64,000 nt of DNA from Nemertoderma westbladi (taxonomy: Eukaryota; Animalia; Xenacoelomorpha): positions 37,156 to 101,155 of the forward strand of contig JAUCBJ010004906.1 of assembly GCA_032718475.1 (NCBI GenBank). Reading direction: 5' to 3'. Below, piece by piece: positions 1-11,257 of the stretch (the first letter of the stretch is position 1; each line of letters opens with the position of its first letter). The translations under genes and the position numbers were made by a program. The notes under the pieces were generated by a model. It ran no database searches, was not told the DNA's origin, and was given only the letters and a program-made list of their open reading frames with translations.

Positions 1-715
1 TATCCGCGGCCCGTTTCGCCATCTCGGTCGCGTTCCCCGGCAACGTCCCGGTGCCCCTGAGGATCAACCGGAAGCGAACCAACCTCGCGGATTTGCCGTC
101 TCCGTTGGTTACGGTGAGGGACCAACGACCGCGGGGGTCCTCCCCCCAGTAATGCGTCGACATGAAGGGCCAGGCTCGGAACCCCCGGGTCGACCGATCG
201 TGGCTCCGTCGGTGCAGCAGACGGGACCGGGTCCCCGACGGCGACACCAACTCGATCTCCAGAGTCCCTCGCGAGTGCGACGTCAACGTGAGTTCCGCCT
301 GAACGTGTTCGAGGTACCGAACATAGTCCCCGGTCTCGCTGCACCCGTCGGTATCCAGGACGACGGTGACCGACCCTTGCGACCTTATCTCTATGTCGTC
401 GCCACTCGTGGCGTTACAGACCCGCTGGGGCGCCACAGTGCGCCACACGCGCGCCAACCTCACGGCCGCGCCGGCGTCCATCAACCCGAACCCGTACCAA
501 TGACTCGCCCACAGTCCCACCCCATTCCGCAGCCAACCCTCGTCCACCAGTCCGCTCCGTCGACTGGTACGCACCACAATGTGCTGGAGGTCCCTCCAGG
601 TGAGCGAGGGGTTGGCCTCCAGCACCAAGGCGAGGATACCAGCCGCTAGAGGCGCTGACGCAGAGGTCCCGGTGTGGGACATGGTGCAGACACCGTGGAG
701 GTCGGTGGTCACTAC
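1..715 (-). CDS. Furin-like convertase, coding exon 3 (catalytic Ser and P-domain), continues past the left edge
   Basis: Acceptor TTTCAG at 716; VVTTDLHGVCTMSHTGTSASAPLAAG (catalytic Ser), LTWRDLQH, YGFGLMDA, P-domain end WSLTV...FRLILRGT. Confidence 0.92.
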
Positions 716-771
716 CTGAAACGGAAACGGATAGGATAGAGAGAGAGCGAGATCTAGATAGGCCGATACTT

Positions 772-1392
772 TAGGTGGAACACTTACCTTCCGTTCTGTA
801 GCGTTCCCGCTACTGTATGTGGAACACTTACCTTCCGTTCTGTAGCGTTCCCGCTACTGTAGGTGGAACACTTACCTTCCGTTCTGTAGCGTTCCCGCTA
901 CTGTAGGTGGAACACTTACCTTCCGTTCTGTAGCGTTCCCGCTACTGTAGGTGGAACACTTACCTTCCGTTCTGTAGCGTTCCCGCTACTGTAGGTGGAA
1001 CACTTACCTTCCGTTCTGTAGCGTTCCCGCTACTGTAGGTGGAACACTTACCTTCCGTTCTGTAGCGTTCCCGCTACTGTAGGTGGAACACTTACCTTCC
1101 GTTCTGTAGCGTTCCCGCTACTGTAGGTGGAACACTTACCTTCCGTTCTGTAGCGTTCCCGCTACTGTAGGTGGAACACTTACCTTCCGTTCTGTAGCGT
1201 TCCCGCTACTGTAGGTGGAACACTTACCTTCCGTTCTGTAGCGTTCCCGCTACTGTAGGTGGAACACTTACCTTCCGTTCTGTAGCGTTCCCGCTACTGT
1301 AGGTGGAACACTTACCTTCCGTTCTGTAGCGTTCCCGCTACTGTAGGTGGAACACTGACCTTCCGTTCTGTAGCGTTCCCGCTACTGTAGGT
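772..1392 (-). repeat. 44-bp tandem array (14 copies) duplicating the furin exon 2 donor junction
   Basis: Minus-strand unit GTAAGTGTTCCACCTACAGTAGCGGGAACGCTACAGAACGGAAG; period 44 (cacttac at 781, 825 ... cactgac at 1353). Confidence 0.97.
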
Positions 1393-1719
1393 AGTAGCAA
1401 GGGTAGAAGAACAGCTCTCGGCGTACCAAGGAACACTTCCGTACTCCGATGTGGAACTTATACTCAATGTGTATATAGAGTTTGTGTACCCATCGCAGTT
1501 ACAGGAATCCTTCTTCTTGCCCCCGTTCCCTGAGGCCCAGACGAACACGGAACCCAGCCCCCCTCGTCCGGTCTCCACGCCCGTAACGAAGGCGAGCTTG
1601 GCGAACCGAGCCGGTCCGTCAACCTCGGCACCGTTGTCGTCCGGACCCCAACTAGCCGAGTAAATGTCGATATTCTCGGAATATTTGGATAAAGAAGTCG
1701 CTTCTACTGCGTCAGTTAC
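1360..1719 (-). CDS. Furin-like convertase, coding exon 2
   Basis: Acceptor TTTACAG at 1720; reads VTDAVEA...SASWGPDD...WASGNGG (oxyanion Asn)...CNCDGY...[11 protein letters not shown]; 360 nt; donor GTCAGT at 1359. Confidence 0.92.
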
Positions 1720-2136
1720 CTGTAAAGGGGGGGGGGGGGGGGGGGGGGGTGTTATTGAAAAGAGAAATGGAGGCTTAATGTATAGCTGGAATAGTTGGTA
1801 ATGTTTACGTTACCGGTACTTTTAATATTAATCACATTGAAGAATATAAAGATACAATATAACTTATATCTATTATTATTGTATACCGGTACTTACACTG
1901 AAAAAACGTACTGTTGATTTTTAAAAAACAAATAGTTTTAGGAAAGAACTATTAATTTATTTGGTGCATTTTTAACTCTTGCTCTTGGTTATTTTCGAAC
2001 ACCAATAGTTTTTTTTAATTATTGGTTTCTAAAACAACCTACCGGTAGAGTTTGGCTTAATTAAAAAACCATCATATCGTTTTTTCAGTGTAGTGATTGT
2101 TTATGTAGGTAGACCTGGTCTACCGTACTCACTCAC

Positions 2137-2838
2137 ATCTCCATCCAACATCCTCATCCCACCGACCCTCGCGTTGTACGCCACCCCGACGGCGCACTCT
2201 TTATTGTTAGCCAGCGCGGCCACCTCCCCAGCGCACCTGGTCCCGTGTCGGTTCTCGTTACTCGCTGTCTTCCTCGGGTAAGGATCATCGTCTGCGTCGT
2301 TGACGTCGTACGAGGCTTCCTTCGCGTAGTTCTTCGCGAGATCCGGATGGTCCCACTGTAACCCGTCGTCTAGGATACTGACAACGATACCCAGCCCCGA
2401 GTAACCCAACTCCCAAGCATCTTCTACATTCATATTACCTAGACTATCCTCCCGAGTTACGTACCATTCGTCGTGGTAGTGCTGATCGTTGAACGTAACC
2501 TCACGTTTAACACGACGTTTAGAACGCTGTTGTTGTACCCACCCGACAACGGCGTCACGTTTCAGTCTATGGTGCAGCAGTCTGTCTTGGTAGCGTGTAT
2601 CACGCCTCTTCCTGTGAGAAACCTCCTTGGAATGCAGCAGATATAGGTCTGTTCCTGGAATGATTTCGTGCAGGTAGACTAGGTTGTGTCGAGCTGCTAA
2701 CAAACGAGTTTGTTCTTCTCCGCCCGGTACATGAACCGCCCATTGATAAGAGTAGAGATGACACGAGCCCAGTTGGTTACACAAGCACATGTAGTACAGC
2801 ACTATTGGTACGGTAAAACCAACCAAATTAGTAGACAT
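2137..2838 (-). CDS. Furin-like proprotein convertase (S8B/kexin family), coding exon 1: signal peptide, prodomain, start of catalytic domain
   Basis: Hydrophobic N-terminus; RSKRRVKR maturation site; catalytic Asp (ILDDG) and His (NRHGTRCAGEVAA); RMLDGD followed by donor GTGAGT at 2136 (phase 0). Confidence 0.93.
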
Positions 2839-3640
2839 TTTTTCTACTGCAGTAGGCCTACTGCAGTACTGCTGTACCGGTAGTGTTCTACAGTACGCTG
2901 GTACGGGTACCAGTAAAAGCAGAATATACAGTAGGCCTAATACCTACGTCCTGTGCAACAATAGACCTATTTCAGTATCGGTTCCACAGCTTAGAATCTT
3001 AGATCCCACAGCACCTAAGACCCCCGAGCAAACTTACAGTAAATCTTGACTGAACTTATATCCAAACCAGACAAATTTAGATTCCACTCCCACACTATTC
3101 CAAAAGACATTGACTAGAGAATGAACATTAACTTCTTATGCTAGGGTGGTGGTGGTCCAAACAATTAGAATATTAACTTATTGCATGATCAGAGTGTTGT
3201 CAACTGGGTCCAAAGTTTGGTACTGCAGAAACCAAAATTTTGATTTGACATACACACGGCCAGACCAGAATATGCCTTTGTCTGTCTCCAATTTTGTGAT
3301 AATTAACTTCTAGCTGTCTTACTGTAGTACTCTATTGCATTGATATTTTATGTTTAGCTTATTCCCCATTAGAACCGCAATGATGATCCATTTAGTGGGT
3401 AAACAATAAGTATGTAAACAAATACTGTAGTTCTTGAGATATTGAATATAAAAGGTGAGACCAGCACGACACAACCAACCATTATTTGCCTTGATGCATT
3501 ATATACAAATACACTAAATACATATCATTATCATAGGATCAGGAATAGACTCTTAACCACAATGTTCGAATTACTGGGTGTAGATACTTTCAAAATAATT
3601 GTAGGCCTAGAGTGCTTAATCAGGCTACTGAAAAAGAGAC

Positions 3641-3900
3641 AGGGGGGGGGGGGGGGGTGTGGGAACTCGTCGCAAAACCCGCCTTGGCGAATTAATATCC
3701 CGCCTCAATGTTAAATTCCCAATTAAGGGAAAGGAGCGTTACAGTGGCACGCTATTTTAACCAAAGCAATAAACTAAACACAATAGAACAGGCTACAGTT
3801 TTATTTTTGACAGTAATCAGTTGTTATTTGCGTCGAATTTCCCCTGGAGAGGGATTAATTTTTATTGCGTCCAGTTCCCCCCCCCCCCCCCCCCCACCCC
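3641..3900. mobile_element. Dispersed MITE-like repeat bounded by poly-G and poly-C tracts (related copies near 31055-31195 and 61790-61975)
   Basis: Shared core AATTAAGGGAAAGGAGC(AG)GTTACAG...AACCAAA.CAATAAAC at about 3720, 31135 and 61800; ends G(n)..GAACT..CGCAA and TTGCG..AGTTC(n) are loosely inverted. Confidence 0.55.
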
Positions 3901-4986
3901 TATCTGCTGAAAAAAGTCATCAAAAGACAAGGTCAACCAATACTGTATACCCATATTTAGAGTTGACCCAGTCCCAGTCCAAACATTTTATGCAATAACA
4001 CGAGAACTAATCACTCTACTCTATCTCTTCTGTTGAAGGGAGACACCCACTAAATGGAGCATTGCGGTCCACCATGCTTATTCAATGGGGTCGCCAAATC
4101 ACAAGAGAGTGCACTGGTTGGTCCGCAAGGCATTGAGGACAATAGCATGTACTGTAAGGGCGGAGGCGGCTCTGTTCAAGTATCTGAGGGACTGATGAGA
4201 TACTTACAATGTTGTATAGAATCTGATTGTAGGTGTGTTGATTATTGTTGTACTTAATTGTCATCGTACATTGTTCATGAACCCGCGGTAGCATCCTTGT
4301 ATAAGCTTTTACTGTATTTTATTAAAAAATATTAATTTTTTTTTAACTCTATTTGCTAATATTCGTTAAATATCTATTCCGAATATTATATTAAAATTAA
4401 CACTAAATATGTATAACTATCAACACACTTTTGTAAAAAGTTGCCCTTTTAACCCAAGAGGACATAAATGCCACAAAATAACACACAATCGTGGTGAGAA
4501 AAGGGAACCATTCAGCGTTAAAGCCCTCGTTTATTTACGTGAACCACCTACACTGCACTCGCTCGGTAATAAATACGCGCGGGTCATAAAATACGATACG
4601 ATACGAAAAAATACGAAACGTTTTTCGTATCGTATCTAGGATTGTATTTTCTCAAAATCACATTCGTATTGTAGCGTATCATGAAAAATTGGTTATTATC
4701 GTACCATGTCCAGCATCTTTCCATGCCAACCATGGTTATAAGTTAGTTCGCTGTTACTAACTTGTACCTCTTTATACCCTAATGAACAGACTCAATCAGG
4801 TTTCGACTCATTTCATAAAGTTAAAATAATAAATTTAAATTCCATTGTTTAATTGCAGTGGATTGGTGGTCAAGTGGGAGGGTGGCAAAATGATGGTTTG
4901 ATAATTGAGTTGTGGTAGATAACAATAATATAGCACAATATTGCATAACATTTTCAGCTAATAACTACATATTAACCAATTTGAGA

Positions 4987-5910
4987 TTATAGTTTTTTAG
5001 AAGATTTGGCCAACCAGGAGGCCATACAACCAACAGATGCCGGGGACACAGGCTGGGCGGAGTGTTTGCGTTTACTTCCCGGTGTCTCTTTAGGATTACC
5101 AACCCATTCCACGACGCAATCGGCTGACTGATTCCTAGAGTTATTCACGAAACTGCTCACGGTATAAAACTCTAAGCTATCAGTTGCTTTAATCACGGTC
5201 ATTGCTTCATTCAGGTCATCGCTGAATAGCCAACACTTAAGACTTTCCTCGGAGGTTAGTACTGCTGGCATTCTACAATGTATATCGCTCATTCTACCCT
5301 CGGATGCCACTGTGATGGTAGTGAAGGAAACCAACCTTTCGGTAGAGTTGTTGTTATTTACATCGTATAAACCGGCTAATAACATCGGCGTTATCTTTCG
5401 ATTAGTCGCGTCTTCAGATTGCAAACTTGCCGCAAACGAATCACACTTACTCTCGTGTGGATTATGTATCAGATAGGCCTGTTTCTTGGATTTATCCAAG
5501 ACTTTCCATTCGTAATAACCGTCGATAACAAACGCGCAACGTTTCTTCTGGGAGAACGGATTGCGGAATAAAGGTTTATCGAGAAGCGATTCGGAGCGAC
5601 AGTTGGTTGTGTTGAGTTTAAACTCAGCGGGTGGTCCTCGATGCCACGCGGGGATGAGTCCCCATCGCATCGGGACCAGACAACGGGAGTACGTTCCGGT
5701 ACCGGTACCGTCCTCCCCCGACAGATGAGAGTACACCCGTTCGGCAACCAGGACAGCACCGGTGGTGGTCGGGGCCATGTTGTAGGACGGTTGATAGTCA
5801 CCCGTCCCATTGTACCATGTCGGTAGGCCGGTGGAGTTGTCTGGGCATTGGTAGGTGCAGGCCTGTTGGACGCCGCCCTTGGTTAAAGTACAAACTGTTC
5901 TGCCACACAT
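4987..5910 (-). CDS. HMCES: HMCES / SRAP-domain abasic-site processing protein, 307 aa, intronless
   Basis: N-terminal MCGR (catalytic Cys2), PSYNMAP, MRWGLIPAW, NCRSE, DGYYEWK, IHCRMP, C-terminal MASWL PIP-like motif. Confidence 0.95.
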   Translation of the reverse strand: MCGRTVCTLTKGGVQQACTYQCPDNSTGLPTWYNGTGDYQPSYNMAPTTTGAVLVAERVYSHLSGEDGTGTGTYSRCLVPMRWGLIPAWHRGPPAEFKLNTTNCRSESLLDKPLFRNPFSQKKRCAFVIDGYYEWKVLDKSKKQAYLIHNPHESKCDSFAASLQSEDATNRKITPMLLAGLYDVNNNNSTERLVSFTTITVASEGRMSDIHCRMPAVLTSEESLKCWLFSDDLNEAMTVIKATDSLEFYTVSSFVNNSRNQSADCVVEWVGNPKETPGSKRKHSAQPVSPASVGCMASWLAKSSKKL

Positions 5911-6385
5911 ACCGGTAGCTGCAATGTTAGTAGTTAGAACTAATTAACCTTATCAGATGACGATGACCAATGATGTGTCAAATTAAAATAGCCCTATATA
6001 TTTTCTACACGCGTATGATGTATGAGCAGGTGTCCTGTCTGGTAGTGCGAGCACATTGTCTGCCGCATTTCTTCACAATAAATTTAAACTTCCCGCCAAG
6101 CCAAGACGATCCAGAAGCAGAGGTATTTACATCCAATCACATAAAACCTACAAAGGCTGTCGAAATTATCAACATAAAATAAAAAAAAAGTATTGCAAAA
6201 AGATTTCGTTATCACTTTAAGGGCGCGGAGATTATTAAAACATATTTGTGTTCTTTCGTTAAGGTTTTCAAAAAATTATTTGCAATGTTTATAATTTTAG
6301 ATAAATAACGCACATTCGTGAGTTCTGCTAACGTGCGTTATAATATAGTTCAGGCAAAAATAACCCGAATTTAATATTATACAAA

Positions 6386-7735
6386 GGTTGGGTAGCTCAG
6401 GTGGCTGAGTGCCGGGCCTTCAATCTATTGGTTGTAGGTTCAGCCCCGCCAGGGTCCACTCAGCCTTTCATCCACTGGGGTCGATAAAATGAGTACCAGT
6501 TAAATAACTGGGAGCAAAACTTGGGAAAGGAGTAGCGCCCACCCCTACCTTCGGTTAGCAGATAGGAGTAGCGCCCACCACTACCTTCGGGTAGCAGATA
6601 GGAGTAGCGCCCACCCCTACCTTCGGAGCAGATAGGAGTAGCGCCCACCCCTACCTTCGGGTAGCAGATAGGAGTAGCGCCCACCCCTACCCTCGGGTAG
6701 CAGATAGGAGTAGCGCCCACCCCTACCTTCGGTAGCAGATAGGAGTAGCGCCCACCCCTATCTTCGGGTAGCAGATAGGAGTAGCGCCCACCCCTACCCT
6801 CGGGTAGCAGATAGGAGTAGCGCCCACCCCTACCTTCGGTTAGCAGATAGGAGTAGCGCCCACCACTACCTTCGGGTAGCAGATAGGAGTAGCGCCCACC
6901 CCTACCTTCGGGTAGCAGATAGGAGTAGCGCCCACCCCTATCTTCGGGTAGCAGATAGGAGTAGCGCCCACCCCTACCCTCGGGTAGCAGATAGGAGTAG
7001 CGCCCACCCCTACCTTCGGGTAGCAGAAATGAGTAGCGTCCACCCCTACCCTCGGGTAGCAGATAGGAGTAGCGCCCACCCCTACCTTCGGTAGCAGATA
7101 GGAGTAGCGCCCACCCCTACCCTCGGGTAGAAGATAGGAGTAGCGCCCACCACTACCTTCGGGTAGCAGATAGGAGTAGCGCCCACCCCTACCTTCGGGT
7201 AGCAGATAGGAGTAGCGCCCAGCCCTACCTTCGGGTAGCAGATAGGTGTAGCCACCCCTACCCTCGGCTACCAGAAAGGAGTAGCGTCCACCCCTACCAT
7301 CGGGTACCAGATAGGAGTAGCGTCCACCCCTACCCTCGGGTAGCAGATAGGAGTAGCGTCCGCCCCTACCTTCGGGTAGCAGATAGGAGTAGCGCCCACC
7401 CCTACCTTCGGGTAGCAGAAAGGAGTAGCGTCCACCTCTACCCTCGGGTACCAGAAAGAAGTAGCGTCCACCCCTACCCTCGGGTACCAGAAAGGAGTAG
7501 CGTCCACCCCTACCCTCGGGTACCAGAAAGGAGTAGCGTCCACCTCTACCCTCGGGTACCAGAAAGGAGTAGCGTCCACCCCTACCCTCGGGTACCAGAT
7601 AGGAGTAGCGTCCACCCCTACCCTCGGGTACCAGATACCGAAAGTGAAAGAGGAGCCTTCGGGTCGCCTCCGGCCGACTGTTAGCTTGCTGCGTCCTCTG
7701 CTTGCACATAAATCAGCGGCACATGAATTCCGAGA
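6386..7735 (+). mobile_element. tRNA-derived SINE with conserved central domain, internally expanded by a minisatellite
   Basis: A-box-like GGTAGCTCAGGTGG and B-box-like GGTTCAGCCC; central CTCAGCCTTTCATCC..GGGGTCGATAAAATGAGTACCAG resembles conserved SINE central domains (recalled); unique sequence resumes after the array (GAGGAGCCTTCGGGTCGCC). The 3' end is approximate. Confidence 0.7.
6528..7637. repeat. 36-bp minisatellite, about 31 copies
   Basis: Unit GGGTAGCAGATAGGAGTAGCGCCCACCCCTACCTTC, with variants changing gradually along the array. Confidence 0.96.
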
Positions 7736-10014
7736 TTAGCGTAATATTGCGCCGATTTAAAAATTAATGAAATTAGCCACATTCAGCGGTGGTACCGCAC
7801 CTTTTAATACAAGCAATACGAAAGATTTAGTAATAGTATGGGTGAAGGGTTTGGCAGTATTTAAGCAGTAGTGTTGAGCAACACGGTGTTGTATTTGTAC
7901 AAAGTGAACAGCGCAGAGCGTGAAAAATTACCCACTCTGAAAATGGAGTCGGTAGAGGACTTATTCATAAATAATAACAATAAGTGGATCAATCTGTGAG
8001 ATTTTGTGTACTCTGATGACCTACAACTATAATAATTATTATAATACAGTAGATGAAATGATACTTTACGAGTAACGATATCGGTGTCTTACCCATTTAT
8101 TGCTTCCGGCTGGCTACACAATTATTTATTTTCACATTATTGTAGGTATTTTCCATGTTGTGTTGGGGCCTATTATAGTATTATTATATTGTGTGTCCAT
8201 TTTTAATCCGATTATTGAAAATGTTTTAAAATGCTACTTTGGACAAATTAGGTGTTTCTTTGTTGTGCTTAGTACCGCTTCTATTTTGTGATGATCTCAG
8301 TTAATTACGTAGTTCATAAATATAGTATGGTCAGTAATGGTTGACCGATGCGCCTGTAAATAGCCTCTCGTCAACAAGTCAACCCCACCGACTAGCGGTA
8401 CTGGCTGTTTTTGCTGACGGGGCTCTGTCGAACAACGCGTCCCTGATAGCAGTAAAGGGGGTCTCTTTATTGAGAGGCAGTATTATTATTGCCGCGGAAC
8501 TGCCCCAACTCATCACCTCTCCCACTCTCGCTCTCTGACGAAAATGAACATAAAATCAACATACACCAACCCGCTACCCTACCCCACACCGCGACACCCA
8601 CCCACACCTACGATCTGAAAGATTGTACCCAATACAAAAAAACAGGATAAGTTGAATCATACAACTAAAGCGGTAAGCTTTCAAGATGAATGCATGATTT
8701 ACTGAGAATATCGGTCATAATCTCACTTCATGGAATACTGTACATATTGTACAAAACTTTTACTAAATTAATTGCAATGCTCACCTATCATTTCGCGAGT
8801 GTCAATACATACTCTTACATACTCATGCATGTTAAAAATTAAGGTATAATTGGTACTGTACAAATCTGACAAATACTGGGATTGTAAATTCAACTAGCAT
8901 GATATAAACTAACGAACAAATTGGCAATTAATATGGCTGATATTTACTTCTTTTTCATGTATATTTTTCAGAAATATTTCAATTGCATTAATTTACATAT
9001 TTCCAGGCCCTTTCATCCCATTTTACCAAATTTTTTACTTTCAGGGATTTTAATTTCCATGCGGTATAGGGTTCCGCAACTTTTAGTGGCAACACTAGAG
9101 ACATCTAACCCAGGGTAGGGTATTCCTTAAATACCCCCTGTAGGTGTTGGGCTGGGCACCTATGGGTAAGATACAGCATAGCGCACTACCCAACTAACAA
9201 ATTTCCAACTAAATCTTCCACTTTTTTTCTCTAAAACGCTCAAACTACCGTCCCAACTTCAGAAAAACAGAATAAAATTGGATTAGTTAGTAATAAATAC
9301 TATTACTATTTAATAAAGGTTCTATACCTATAATGATAACGCACAATATCTCTACTAAATACCCAACAAAACAATCCATCTAAACACTATTCACCTACCA
9401 ATTAACAGATTACCAATACATCTCACTATACCACATCAAAAATCAATGTCACACCACCACTGCCTTTTCATTACATTTATAATGATATCAACAACCCAAA
9501 GATACCCCATTTGCTATCATCTTATTGATAAAGCGCGATTTTATACCTCTGTTATAAGATAGAATTATGGAGTTAAATTTATACCCCTGTTATATTGAAT
9601 ATTCACCAAGAACAAACCAACAACATCTATGGGAAATTTTTTAAAACGAATAAACATGTCAACTGTTGATTTATGACTCCAGCCTAATGGACTATAATAA
9701 ACAAACACCAGTGACTCTCGAATTACAGACCTTCCAACCACCACGCAATGCTCCCATTCCTACAATATTAATGAAACACTCATAACCGACCTTAGGATTA
9801 GCCGGGCAGCATTATTAGTCCTTCAGAATATGAGTCATCAATATCAAATACTGTCAACCCCTACAGGCAACAGACCATCTATCCCACTAACTTATACAAA
9901 ATGAAACAATAATGACGAGAGCAATATATGAGATAGAGGTTACACACATTTAACCTGATAACAACCATTACGATCAGAGAAAACATGCCTCATATTAGCA
10001 AATATTCCCACTCC

Positions 10015-10302
10015 CTATCACTATTCTACTACTAACAATTAAACACCCCCCCCCCCCCCCCCCTTATACTACTAACTGTTAATAACCCCCACCCCTCACC
10101 CTCTATCACTATGTCTACTACTAACCATTTAATACCCCCTCCCCATCCTCTATCGCACTACGTCTACTACTACAGTACTAACCGCGTTAAACAACCCCCC
10201 CCCCCCCCATCTATCACTACATCTACGTATACTTCTACTACTAACCATTAAACACCCCCCCCCCCCCTCACCCCACCACTAGGTCTACTACTAACCACTA
10301 AC
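10015..10302. repeat. Degenerate C-rich tandem repeat, about 50-65 bp, 5-6 copies
   Basis: Recurring CTACTACTAACC(A)TTAAACACCCCCC motif. Confidence 0.7.
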
Positions 10303-10580
10303 GGGTAGTTGTGCGTGGTAGAACCGCCGTGACTCATCCTCAGAGGATGTGGTGATTGGCAGGTTGACGCCTGTAGCATTATATATATATATATATAAAT
10401 ATAGTATGTTTAGACATATTTTATGAATAAACAATTACGATGGACGATAAAACTAAAAGGACTATAAAAGTTTGTGTTGGCAAACAATAACCCACCCCAG
10501 GATGACCCATACATAATCCCAGAAAACAGAAGTGGTACACATGCTCTGATGCTCAAGCACACTATCTTTTGAGCTTATGC

Positions 10581-10907
10581 TCAAAGGCTCATACGATCAG
10601 ACATTTCCTGAGGACTTTCAAAGTTAACTATCAACATTTTGGTCTTCATGACGTCAACAAAAAGACCAACACTAGAAGCAGCATGTTCTAATGAGCTGAG
10701 GAGCCGTTGGGCTCCGTCTAATGATTCTGAGAGTACTCCTAAGTCAACAGCAAAACTAGAAGCAGCCTGTTCTAATGAGCTGAGGAGCCTTTGGGCTACC
10801 TCTAGTGATTCTGAGAGTACTCCTAAGTCATCAGCAAAGTCTAGATCAGTTAGGTACTTGGCAGGATTTCCTCGACTTTTGGAGCCAGTAGGTGGAGTTA
10901 CCACCAC
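10581..10907 (-). pseudogene. Non-LTR retrotransposon reverse transcriptase fragment with an internal duplication
   Basis: LTDLDFADDL (catalytic [YF]ADD) followed by ..SVGL.....KTK; the segment DLGVLSESL..AQRLLSSLE.AASS occurs twice. Confidence 0.82.
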
Positions 10908-11257
10908 CCGTCATCATAATGACTGACACACCAACCTTTTTTAAAAAAAACATCATTGTAAATTTGTTTATAATTTATTGATACTCTTTTACTCTGGATG
11001 GATAGGCGGTGTGCGGGGGTGGGGGGGGGGGGGGGGGGGGGTGTTAAAGATGAATTATTATGAAATTCTTGGATATTACTATGAACTTTGCAGCTTAACT
11101 AAGGCTTGGAGTGAGTTTATATGTAACACAGTAATTTTCTGTGAGACTAAAAGAAACATTTTATTATTAAATCTGCCAAAGCGAAAAATTACTAATAATT
11201 AAAGTAGAAAATGTATTAACGACTTTTAAAGGAAACAATAACTATATTTACAACGAA

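Noticed and set aside
1726-1749. Long poly-G/poly-C tracts here and at about 3641, 11020, 30480, 31060 and 58610 as functional G-quadruplexes
   Set aside because: Most lie in or beside repeat elements, homopolymer lengths are unreliable in assemblies, and there is no evidence of function.
6460-7709. PEGRGGRYSYLL repeat ORFs
   Set aside because: 36-bp minisatellite translation with frameshifts.
8341-8545. GC-richer patch with a minus-strand acceptor-like TTTTCGTCAG, considered as the next UNC79 exon
   Set aside because: The phase-1 reading stops after about 22 codons, and the frames I read do not resemble UNC79.
9100-9970. AC-skewed stretch that may be a decayed LINE
   Set aside because: No ORF or clear motif recoverable by eye, so it is not reported as a feature.
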